Source: Macrostomum lignano (lineage: Eukaryota). Taken from it: a DNA stretch of 64,000 nt. Made by a program: the position numbers and the translations under genes. The stretch lies in the NCBI GenBank assembly GCA_002269645.1, contig NIVC01000846.1:124001-188000 (forward strand), written 5' to 3'. Each line of letters opens with the position of its first letter. The stretch's first letter is position 1. Of the stretch, positions 48,053 through 64,000 are shown in pieces. The notes under the pieces are model-generated. The model was not told where the DNA came from, did no database searches, and saw only the letters and a program-made list of their open reading frames with translations.

Positions 48053-48200
48053 TTAAGAATCCTTAGTTGTTGACGAATGAAGTGAAGAACAAATTCGAAA
48101 ATCGGATACGCTTTTAGTCAGTGATTTTTGCAATCGGTTAACTTGAACGATAATTCTCGACTGCTAGATAGAGAGTTAAACTCGATGCTTAGAAAAGTTT
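48053..48200 (-). other. Probable non-coding first exon / TSS region of DDX6
   Basis: Strong donor TTAA|GTAAGT at 48052 could pair with the strong acceptor CTTGCTTTCAG| at 46494, 70 nt upstream of the ATG; 5' boundary unknown. Confidence 0.35.
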
Positions 48201-49686
48201 TTCTATACGGCTTACGGGCCACAGTTAAAATAGAATTTTTTTAAAACGGTTTGAACAGCAGAAAGATGATTTACAAAATAGGAAATAAAATAATTTAAAA
48301 CTTTATACATTTATTAAAAACTTTTTTTTCTACTAAATGATTGAAGCATTTGCTATCGTACTTGGTTTAAGCTTAGAAAAGTTCTAATGTATAAACTAAA
48401 AAATCACATAGAAACTAAAAAAGAGTAGTAATAACGACTACAATAACGACAAAAATCGCCGACTTTTTTAGTAAGCAAAAATATACTTTTGGCAGGTCTT
48501 TCATTGATCTCTCCTTATTAACAGATAATGTGTCTATTTAGAATATTTTGTATTATTAAATTATTTTGTGCCCTACATGTATCAGTACAACGTATACTTG
48601 TTGATTGATGAACTTTTTTACGAGATTATTGTATTTGTATAATCGTCCATCTTTCAAGAATCTTGAAGGCATTCATTTTTCACAACGCCATCCTCTGGGG
48701 CAATGTCTTTTTCTACCATACAACCTGTACATTAGGTTTTTAGCATTGTGCCCCTGTACATCAGTAGATTTGATGCCTTGTGATGGGAGGGCAGCGAATG
48801 TGGTTTTATAGTGATCAGTGTGCGCATGCTATGAGTAATGACAAAGTGTGTGCGCAGAAGTAAATAATTCTTTGATAATATACATTTTGTATCCTACTAC
48901 TCAATGCGTGCTTCCTAGTCACGTCGAATTACACCTTTATTTTATAACGTTTTATTATCTACCCCTTTAGATTTAAATAAAGGAATGCATGTATACATAT
49001 GTAGCTAATGCATGATTCAGTGGAATCAAACCAATAAAACTTAATTAAGCTCTACAATTGTGATTTTTATTAGGAATTATTTTCTAAATAAAATTCTAGA
49101 GCAACTACAGCAGGCGGCCACTAGATGTACAAAAAAGAACTCGCTATACACAAACAACATTTACAGCAGGTCATTACGTTTAATTTGATAGTTATAGTTT
49201 GATAGTTTAGAGTTGAAAACATTTACATGTACATGTATGCAACATACATGCATGTAACATCCATGTACATCACGCAACATATATGGCATAGAGCGTCGGT
49301 CTGGTTCACACAGATACTAAAATAACGAGATGGGCCACTCACTCAGGAATATATACTTAACAAAACAGCTTTCTACTTTCAGTTCAGTAGCATAGAAGTT
49401 AAGGATACATAAGCTATTTTATAAAAATAAAGGCAGCCGAGATGACTTTGATAAGTTTAGAAGCAAGCTTTGCAGACCTAAACAACTTGTGACATACTCT
49501 GTGACCTGCTTGCGGGGCTGCGTACGTTAATTTGTTGTTGTTGTATGCAACATACTCTATAAATAATGGTGTAATGGTTACGAGGGTACAACCCTGCATG
49601 TACATGTAATGCATATCTGCACTTGTTTTTTACCATGTATTTGGCATCGAGCTGAATTTTGTAATCAGTATCATCAGTATAGTATC

Positions 49687-50002
49687 CAGTGGCGCAACCA
49701 GGGGGGGGGGGGTCGCCCCACCCCCTTAGGCCGAGACCAGAAAAAAATCAAAGGGGGACCAAGCTATAGGGAATACAATCACGGGATTAGGCCCAAATCC
49801 AAATACAACATCTATCTATGATTACGCCAGCCAATTCATACATCACACTCCAATTCATTACTCACTGTCATTGAAAGCCCTTTTAAAATCATGTTAGATG
49901 GCTTAGTAAACCAAAATTGCACCAACAAAGATTATAGAAACCTTTTCAATCCCGGGATCCCGGCCCAAAACACAGAGCCACCCAATTTTCCGCCACCTCC
50001 CT
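49687..50002. mobile_element. Second, interrupted and truncated copy of the hAT MITE at 20133
   Basis: Same left end CAGTGGCGCAACCAGGG...CCCCCTTAGG...AAAAAATCAAAGGGGGACCAAGC; about 200 bp of foreign sequence, then resumes with CCCAAAACACAGAGCCACCC; right TIR not seen. Confidence 0.65.
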
Positions 50003-50422
50003 CGATACTGATATATCATCAATGATTCGCAGTTAAATTAAAAATGGAGAATTCTGTATTCATTTAGAAATAAACTCATCCATTTCATAATGTTGCAGAA
50101 TTATAAAAACAAGACATAACTGCTGCTATTACAAGTATAGATTTTAGTTTCTGTAGCAATTTATTCATCCATTTTTTAGACATACAGCTACGTACGGCTC
50201 CCAGAACTCATATAGGATTGATTCATTGTCGCAATTTCATGTGCATCTACATGCATGTACAGTTGCATTAAAGTGTATAAAGTGAGAAAATTCTTTATCT
50301 AGCTGTTAAACATCACAGCTGCTAACTTAACGAGTCACATGTACAATTACCATCTTACACGTAGCTGTCAGTAAAATCTGTTTGGATTCAATTGTTGCCA
50401 TGCCATTCCACTGCACGGCCGG

Positions 50423-53400
50423 TCAGAGCGGACGCGGCGGCCGCCAGTCGGTTTGGAATGCTGCCGGGAGCAGCAACACCGCGGTGGCCAGATCCTCCTG
50501 ACTACCCGCTAGCACCGCCGCTTGAGCCAGGCGGCGGGCCACCTCTTCGGCCAAGCTGACTTCCAAGCCGTCGACTTCGCCCTCGCCCTCTGCCTCGGTT
50601 CGTCCTTCGCCCCCCAGATCCCACTCTGTAGTGGCCGTGACGCTGCTGCGCCGGCTTTCGTCAACGTCGTGGTCGAAACTACCCGATGACGAGCCGGGGC
50701 GGTCTGCTTCGCTGACTGCATCGGCGGCGGCGGCTTCAAATGACGAACTTGTCGACGGCGTTGCTGAACGACTGGACGAAGAGGCCTGAAAGAATTTTAA
50801 GAGAGCGTGAGGGGTTTCGAATGTAGATACTTCTACCCGATCACGGAGGATTATGTTCAAGAACGCAGCCCGGCCAACCTAATTACTCTGGCCCACACGG
50901 AGATCCGATCCCCGCGAGACGCGGCCAAATCCCCCGCAGACACCCCGATCCTCGCGGACACGCCTCAGATCCCCCTGCAGACACCCCGATTCTGGCGGAC
51001 ACTCCTCAGATCCCCCGCAGACACCCCGATCCCCGTGGACACGCCTCAGATCCCCCTGCAGACACCCCGATCCTCGTGGACACGCTTCAGATCCCCCGCA
51101 GACACCCCGATCCCCGTGGACACGCCTCAGATCCCCCGCAGACACCCAGAATCCTGAAGGACGCCCCAAATCTCCATCCGCCTACCCGAGTGTCCGTCTC
51201 GCCGAACAGCCGCCGCCTCTCGCTGTCCTCCAAGCTGCTGGCCACTCGCACCCGGTTCACCGGCAGGTGCGTGGCCACCAGTTGGCAGATCTCGGCTGGA
51301 TTCAACACGCCGGTCACTCCGGCCGTTGCCATGACAACCGCCTGGCACTCCGAGTCTATAGGGACGCACCGACAATCCGGCCGGCAGCTGAGGCGCCGCT
51401 TCATCTCCGGGTCGCCATGGTAACCGATGCCGCGATTCGGGGCCGGGCTGGACAGGCCGTGTGGCTGGTTGTTGCGCACCAGGATCAGCTGCACATCGCC
51501 GCAGGCGGCTGCGTGCAGCCAGCCGAGTCGCCGCCGGCCTGGAAGGTTTTGTGGGTTCGACTATTTCAAACCGAATTTATGATTTGTCTAGTAAATCCGA
51601 CCTCCAATATTGTGTAGCAGCCTTACATTCTGTACACACTGTGTAGATGTATGCAACCCCCCAATCTCAAATATGTCGATCAATAAATCTAACCTTGTGT
51701 AACGCACCTCTAAGCTGGTGTAACACATCTCTAATCTTGTGTAACACACCTCTAAGCTGGTGTAACACACCTCTAATCTTGTGTAACACGGCTCTAATCT
51801 TGTGTAACACAGCTCTAATCTTGTGTAACACGGCTCTAATCTTGTGTAACACAGCTCTAATCTTGTGTAACACAGCTCTAATCTTGTGTAACGCACCTCT
51901 AAGCTGGTGTAACACGGCTCTTATCCAGTGTAACACGGCTCTTATCTTGTAAAACTGAGTTATTCACTGTGTAACATGTTCAAGACATTTCAAACCCCCA
52001 CTTCCTCACCGGCTCCCTCGCCGTCCCCGGCGCCACCCTCCAGTTCATCGGCGGCCCTGACCAGGACGGCGCCAACGGAGGCGCCGCTCCAGCGCACCGC
52101 CGCATAGTCGGATTGGCCCCGCTTGAGCAGGCCGTCCGTGTACTCAAGCGCCTTGGCAAACGCCGCCGCCACTTTATCCGCCCAACCGTCGACGTTGCTG
52201 TCGTCGTCTTCTACGACGTCGCCTTTGTCGTCGTTCTCGTTCTCGTTGTTGTCATCGTACCAGCGCAAGTCCGGAGTTCGACTCCGCGCGTAGGCCAGCG
52301 CAAATTCGTCCAAGCGCTCGGCGCAGGTGCGCAGCACGCTGTGGACCAAATTGGCGCTCGTCCAGTGCAGCCGCTCCCGCTGCCGGGCCGAGGTGCCGCC
52401 GGTCGACGGCCGGTGAATCTCCGGCGCGGCCTCCGGCTTGTCATTCGGCGCGGCTGCCATGTTAAAGGCGCAGGTGCAGCGGGTCCCGGGATCGAATCTG
52501 GCTAGCTCGCACAGCAGGAAGTGGTGCATCTCCTCGGAGGCCAGCTTGGCGGCCGTGTCGCCATACCGACCGGCGTAGAGGCCGACGAAGCACTTGGCCG
52601 GGTCGCCGCCCAGCCAGTCCTGGTAGGCGGCGCGGGCCCGAGGCCGCCTGCCGAATCGGGCATTGTGGAAGCTGGCGGCGCCGGCGCCAAGGACGAATGG
52701 CACTGAGCAGCGCAGGCCGCGGCCTGAGCAGTTCGGAGTGAGTGATGCGGGATTTCAGACTTAAGGAAATTGGCATTTGGCAGTCGGGGAATATTGGAAA
52801 TTGAGAGTTAGGAATATTGAGATTTGAGAGTTGGGAAAATGGTGACTTAAGAGTCGGGGAATATTGGGATTTGAGAGTCGGGGAAAATTGGGGATTGACA
52901 GTCGGGGAAATTGGGATTTGATAGTCGGGGAAAATTGGGATTTGACAGTCGGGGAAAATTGGGATTTGAGAGTCGGGGAAAATTGGGATTTGACAGTCGG
53001 GGAAAATTGGGATTTGACAGTCGGGGAAAATTGGGATTTGACAGTCGGGGAAAATTGGGATTTGACAGTCGGGGAAAATTGGGATTTGACAGTCGGGGAA
53101 AATTGGGATTTGACAGTCGGGGAAAATTGGGATTTGACAGTCGGGGAAAATTGGGATTTGAGAGTCGGGGAAAATTGGGATTTGACAGTCGGGGAAAATT
53201 GGGATTTGACAGTCGGGGAAAATTGGGATTTGAGAGTCGGGGAAAATTGGGGATTGACAGTCGGGGAAAATTGGGATTTGAGAGTCGGGGAAAATTGGGA
53301 TTTGACAGTCGGGGAAAATTGGGGATTGACAGTCGGGGAAAATTGGGATTTGAGAGTCGGGGAAAATTGGGATTTGAGAGTCGGGGAAAATTGGGGATTG

Positions 53401-55669
53401 ACAGTCGGGGAAAATTGGGATTTGAGAGTCGGGGAAAATTGGGGATTTGACAGTCGGGGAAAATTGGGGATTGACAGTCGGGGAAAATTGGGGATTGACA
53501 GTCGGGGAAAATTGGGGATTTGACAGTCGGGGAAAATTGGGATTTGAGAGTCGGGGAAAATTGGGATTTATGAGTCGGGGGAAATTTGAAATTGAGAGTC
53601 AGGAAAAATTGGGATTTGAGAGTCGGAGAAACGTGATTTGAGCCTCCAGTTTTAACGTCTTAACAGCCGATATGTATCGAAAAAATAGTTTTGTTTGATA
53701 GAAAAAAGTCTTACTTTCCACATCATTGGCCGGGATCTGCTCGGCAGGCCGGGAGGCCAGCACCAGGCGGCCTCGGTTCTCCTCGAACAGGTGGGCCCGC
53801 AGGAAGGCGTAGCGCTGGTTCACCCGCTCAAGGTCGGTGGCGCGGACTGCCGAGCAGCCGCCCAGCCGCTCCTCCAGCTGCTGCACTTTGCGACGTCTGG
53901 CTGCGGTCAGCTGCTCCAGAGTCAGGTTGGCGACGTCTGCAGAGTTGGTGGGGGTTTGGTTTGTATGGTTTGTGAGGTTTGTGAGGTTTGTGGTTTGTGA
54001 GGTTTGTGTGGTTTGTGGTTTGTGAGGTTTGTGGTTTGTGAGGTTTGTGAGGTTTGTGGGGTTTGTGTGGTTTGTGAGGTTTGTGGTTTGTGAGGTTTGT
54101 GTGGTTTGTGGTTTGTGAGGTTTGTGGTTTGTGAGGTTTGTGTGGTTTGTGAGGTTTGTGAGGTTTGTGAGGTTTGTGGGGTTTGTGGGGTTTGTGTGGT
54201 TTGTGAGGTTTGTGAGGTTTGTGAGGTTTGTGAGGTTTGTGGGGTTTGTGTGGTTTGTGGTTTGTGAGGTTTGTATAGTTTGTGTGGTTTGTGAGGTTTG
54301 TGGGTTTATGAGGTTTGTGGTTTGTGAGGTTTGTGGTTTGTGAGGTTTGTGAGGTTTGTGGTTTGTGAGGTTTGTGTGGTTTGTGAGGTTTGTGAGGTTT
54401 GTGAGGTTTGTGGGGTTTGTGTGGTTTGTGTGGTTTGTGTGGTTTGTGTGGTTTGTGAGGCTTGTGAGGTTTGTGAGGCTTGTGTGGTTTGTGGGATTTG
54501 TGGGGCTTCCTGAGGTTTATGAGGCTTGTGTGGTTTGTGAGGTTTGTGAGGCTTGTGGGGTTTGTTGAGGTTTGTGAGGTTTGTGTGGTTTGTGTGGTTT
54601 ATGGAGTGAAGCTGTACTGTGGGTTGTGAATTTTTGTGTAGTTAAGGTTTCTAGACTTGACTTTGGATTGTGGAGTTTATACCTCAATTGTTACGCAACC
54701 GTTGAGTTTACGTATCTGATTGACACATGTCCCCAGTCTGCTACTGATAAAAGTAGTTAGCAATGCAGCTCACTAGCCAAGCCAAAGTGCCGCATCTCCC
54801 TATGGTAGCGCTTGTGCTGCACAATCTCCCTGACGCTGACCAGCTCTCTGCAAGCGTGGCAGTAGATGCTGATGTCCGGGTTCCACCTGGGCGTGCTGAG
54901 CTCCGTGTTTGGCGTGTCTGGGTGGTTTTTTTGGTGTAAGTCAGTTTGGTATGCTCTCCCAATCCCATCATCGTGATCTCACAATCCCATCATCCTGATC
55001 TCACAATCCCATCATCCTGATCTCACAGTCATATCATCCTGATCTCACGGTCCCATCATCCTGATCTCACAATCCCATCATCCTGATCTCACAGTCCCAT
55101 CATCCTGATCTCACAATCCCATCATCCTGATCTCACAGTCATATCATCCTGATCTCACGGTCCCATCATCCTGATCTCACAATCCCATCATCCTGATCTC
55201 ACAGTCCCATCATCCTGATCTCACAATCCCATCATCCTGATCTCACAGTCATATCATCCTGATCTCACAGTCATATCATCCTGATCTCACAGTCCCATCA
55301 TCCTGATCTCACAGTCCCATCATCCTGATCTCACAGTCCCATCATCCTGATCTCACAGTCCCATCATCCTGATCTCACAGTCCCATCATCCTGATCTCAC
55401 AGTCCCATCATCCTGATCTCACAGTCCCATCATCCTGATCTCACAGTCCCATCATCCTGTCGCAACCCCATCCATCAATCCCATCTTGGCCCCATCTGAA
55501 GTATTACACTTGAGTTTCCACGAGTTCCCCTGAGCTCACACTGCCTGACGCCAACAAGTTTCCTTTCCAACTCCTCCCTCCTCGGAGAGTTCACCTCGGC
55601 TCTGATCGCAGAGGCTGCCGGTGCCAGTGTGGTTGACCGCTCCGACTTCTCTTCTATTGTTGAGGGCAT
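50423..55669 (-). CDS. PP2D1: Protein phosphatase 2C-like domain-containing protein (PP2D1-like), about 634 aa, probably catalytically inactive
   Basis: Exons 55669-55540, 54917-54774 (CHAC-x11-HKRYH), 53936-53715, 52702-52010 (CFVGLYAGRYGDTAAKLASEEMHHFLLCELARFDP; AAFAKALEYTDGLLKRG...VRWSGAS), 51538-51186 (WLHAAACGDVQLILVRN; RGIGYHGDP; VPIDSECQAVVMATAGV) and 50785-50423 (LAQAAVLAGSQEDLATAVLLL). Phases 1,1,1,1,0 are consistent; motifs match PP2D1 as recalled. The first exon is the least certain. Confidence 0.8.
50920..51150. repeat. 40/41-bp minisatellite in PP2D1-like intron 5
   Basis: GACACCCCGATCCCCGTGGACACGCCTCAGATCCCCCGCA, about 5.5 copies. Confidence 0.9.
51690..51950. repeat. 21-bp minisatellite in PP2D1-like intron 4
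   Basis: TGTGTAACACAGCTCTAATCT with AGCTGG variants, about 12 copies. Confidence 0.9.
52790..53625. repeat. 24-bp minisatellite in PP2D1-like intron 3
   Basis: GA(C/G)AGTCGGGGAAAATTGGGATTT, about 34 copies. Confidence 0.95.
53960..54600. repeat. About 9-bp GT-rich repeat in PP2D1-like intron 2
   Basis: TTTGTG(A/T/G)GG units. Confidence 0.9.
54958..55460. repeat. 22-bp minisatellite in PP2D1-like intron 1
   Basis: CATCATCCTGATCTCACAGTCC, about 22 copies. Confidence 0.95.
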
Positions 55670-57885
55670 TTCGGCATGAAGAGAATTTTCGAAACATAGG
55701 ACACTGATCTTTTATAACTAAAAAAAATTATAAAAAAATAGAATTTGGTGTTAATAGTTGTTCTAATAGTTGATAATGATTCCATCTCAAAAAAAGAAAT
55801 TTTATATTTTACAATGAAAGTAATATAGTGCATAGTGCATTGTATGTTTTCGCATATCATTAAGGCTTTTGGCTGAAAAGGATGTTTTAGTTGGTAATTT
55901 ATTATTATCTGTATTACACTAGGGCAATAACTTATCAATCTATTTGAGTGCAAATTTAATAACTTCTAGTTGATATTTCTTCATTGGCAAAGTAATGAAA
56001 TTAAGAGGCGGAGTATTTTTTCAATTTAAACTACAAAAAATTATGCTAAAAAATAAAAATATTTGAATGAATAAGATCTTCTCATGTTTTCTTCACATTT
56101 GGTTAATACACAGGCTTTATTTATTGCTGTTGTTGGCTATATAATCTAACATATGTTAAGTATATCAGTATATTATTATGAAAGAATCTGTATGTAAGAT
56201 TATAGGTTCGAAACCATAAATAGACGATAATTTACTGCAGTGTACAGTATATTCTATTCAGTCATAAAATTAATTTTAATAAATTTCTCTTATAGTCTCG
56301 ATATTTTATACAATTCTAAAGATTCTATAAATGCAAAAAGGCATAGTTGTGTTTTAATAGTGCGTACAGACTACTGACTGACACATGGGTGGGCCTAGCT
56401 GGCCTGGGAACATTACGAAGTATCTGAATAAACGAATTAATCAAATCAGAATACTGAAATCAAAATGCCCATGATTGATACTAGAGACTTTTCTTTCTTT
56501 ACTATCTAATAAATTTTCTACTGTTTAGAAAAAAAAAACAAAATCAACAAAAAACTACTTGAGTATGGACAAATTTATTGATTAAAGTAAATATATCGCG
56601 CATTTTGTTGTAAATGATTTAATTATTTTTTATCGGATTTTTGTAATTTGAGGATTGTGATATTGCCGACTTATGTTTAAGCAGTTCTTCTAATTTTCGA
56701 ATAAATGATATCTGATGACTAGCTATTATTTCGAACTCGATGCTCAACATATCGCATAAGAAAGTTAATCTAACTGTTTTAGCAATTTAATAGACGCACC
56801 AATTTTTGCAGCATCAATTTTAATATTTTTCTGATTCAACGCACAAAAACTCCAAACAAAAATTTTTTAGAAATTAATCACACCATACCTTACTTTAATT
56901 ATTTATCTTTTAACTTGTAAACCTTAAATACAAAATAGAGGCGCAAACTCTAGTACTCCATAACAAACCTATATATTACAAGTGCATAGACTACTAGAAT
57001 GAGTAAAATTAAAGTACACACGGGAATATATGTACATGCACATGTATGATGTATAACAGTAGTAAATTATATAGTATTCGTCATTTATCACATATTTAAC
57101 TGAAGGATGCACTGAAGGGTATATTATTAGATGATATATGGGGTTCACCAGAAGTATATGCAAATATAATAAATTGTATTGTGCCTAAGGGTACACTAAA
57201 ATTATAACATCTCTACACGATGTACATATACTGTGCCATACATGTATTGTATATACATGTAGATACATTTTAATATTGATACATGTATGTCTTTTAGATA
57301 AGTTGCATGTGCATCGATGCACGTTTGTATATATGTCTACTAATTGATTTGTGTAAGCAGTTGTTAAACTTTGAGAAAGCATCCAGAGCAGTAGTACTGT
57401 ATTTGTTTATACGTATAGCATTCGTACACTGCACAAGCAACAGTGTTGGCCATAGGGACTTTAATAATCAATATACATGCAATGTACCATGGCCAGCTTC
57501 TTCAATTCCAGCTTCAGAATTCTGAATGCGCGGAAATAACATGCATACTCTCGTAAATTTAATAAATGTAATGAATATTCGCGAGATCGGGAGTTCATGA
57601 ATAACGCATCAGGTCGCATTACTTTCGCAGATGTGAAAGCATAAAACGTACAGTAGGAGAAAACCTAATGTTAGGCCATAAATTCCACTTATAGTAGTAT
57701 AAGGACGTATATGCACTTCAAAACTGGTCTTGAATTTAAACAAATATGAGCTGCATATGCATGGAAGGTCTAAATTTTTTTCAAAATGTACATGCGTATT
57801 ATAGTCGCCCGCCTGCACTACTTCCCGTAAATGCCCAGTGACTAAAGCTCAAAACAGCATCCCAGAAAAGGAAAACTGATATTTT

Positions 57886-63606
<5,721 letters not shown>

Positions 63607-63639
63607 CTGCGGAGAGCGATTAGAGATTAGGGAAATGTA

Positions 63640-64000
63640 TTAGTGTCAGACGGTGCTAAGAGATTAGTGTCAGACAGTGCTAAGAGATTATTGTGTCAGA
63701 CAGTGCTAAGAGATTAGTGTCAGACAGTGCTGAGAGATTATTGTGTCAGACAGTGCTAAGAGATTATTGTGTCAGACAGTGCTAAGAGATTAGTGTCAGA
63801 CAGTGCTGAGAGATTATCGTGTCAGACAGTGCTAAGAGATTAGTGTCAGACAGTGCTAAGAGATTAGTGTCAGACAGTGCTAAGAAATTAGTGTCAGACA
63901 GTGCTAAGAGATTAGTGTCAGACAGTGCTAAGAGATTAGTGTCAGACAGTGCTAAGAGATTAGTGTCAGACAGTGCTAAGAGATTATTGTGTCAGACAGT
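63640..64000. repeat. 24/27-bp minisatellite (GTGTCAGACAGTGCTAAGAGATTA), truncated by window end
   Basis: Begins about 35 nt upstream of the acceptor at 63607. Confidence 0.95.

Noticed and set aside
56195-56220. GGTTCGAAACC resembling a tRNA T-loop
   Set aside because: No acceptor stem, D-arm or anticodon arm can be folded around it.

Overview
Eukaryotic (animal) genomic DNA. GC-rich coding exons are separated by introns that mostly carry their own private minisatellite: about 29 distinct arrays, roughly 24 kb or 38% of the window. This architecture suggests a free-living flatworm such as Macrostomum (inference, not verified). Six spliced genes were reconstructed by hand from GT-AG sites with phase-consistent junctions: Polycomb Scm-like (2 MBT + SAM, minus, 672-3736); DDX5/DDX17 p68 helicase (minus, 6970-21042); a DOK7-type PH-PTB docking protein (plus, 21608-38124, apparent 1-nt frameshift near 37690); DDX6/me31B (minus, 44334-46424); a PP2D1-like probable pseudophosphatase (minus, 50423-55669); and a Gab/DOS-like PH docking protein (minus, 57886-63606, 5' end beyond the window). 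Mobile elements: a 1135-bp Chapaev-like MITE (231-bp TIRs, 4-bp TSD) inside a minisatellite, a 198-bp hAT MITE with a perfect 8-bp TSD plus an interrupted second copy, and a possible Helitron-like remnant. Most long ORFs in the supplied track are repeat artefacts. No tRNA, rRNA or CRISPR is supported. Top leads: the intron-specific minisatellite inflation; a 54-bp x12 array whose unit contains the DOK7-like stop codon and is read through by the shifted frame; a candidate antisense spliced transcript nested in the conserved DBP2/p68 intron; and matching tandem-tyrosine tails in the two docking proteins.
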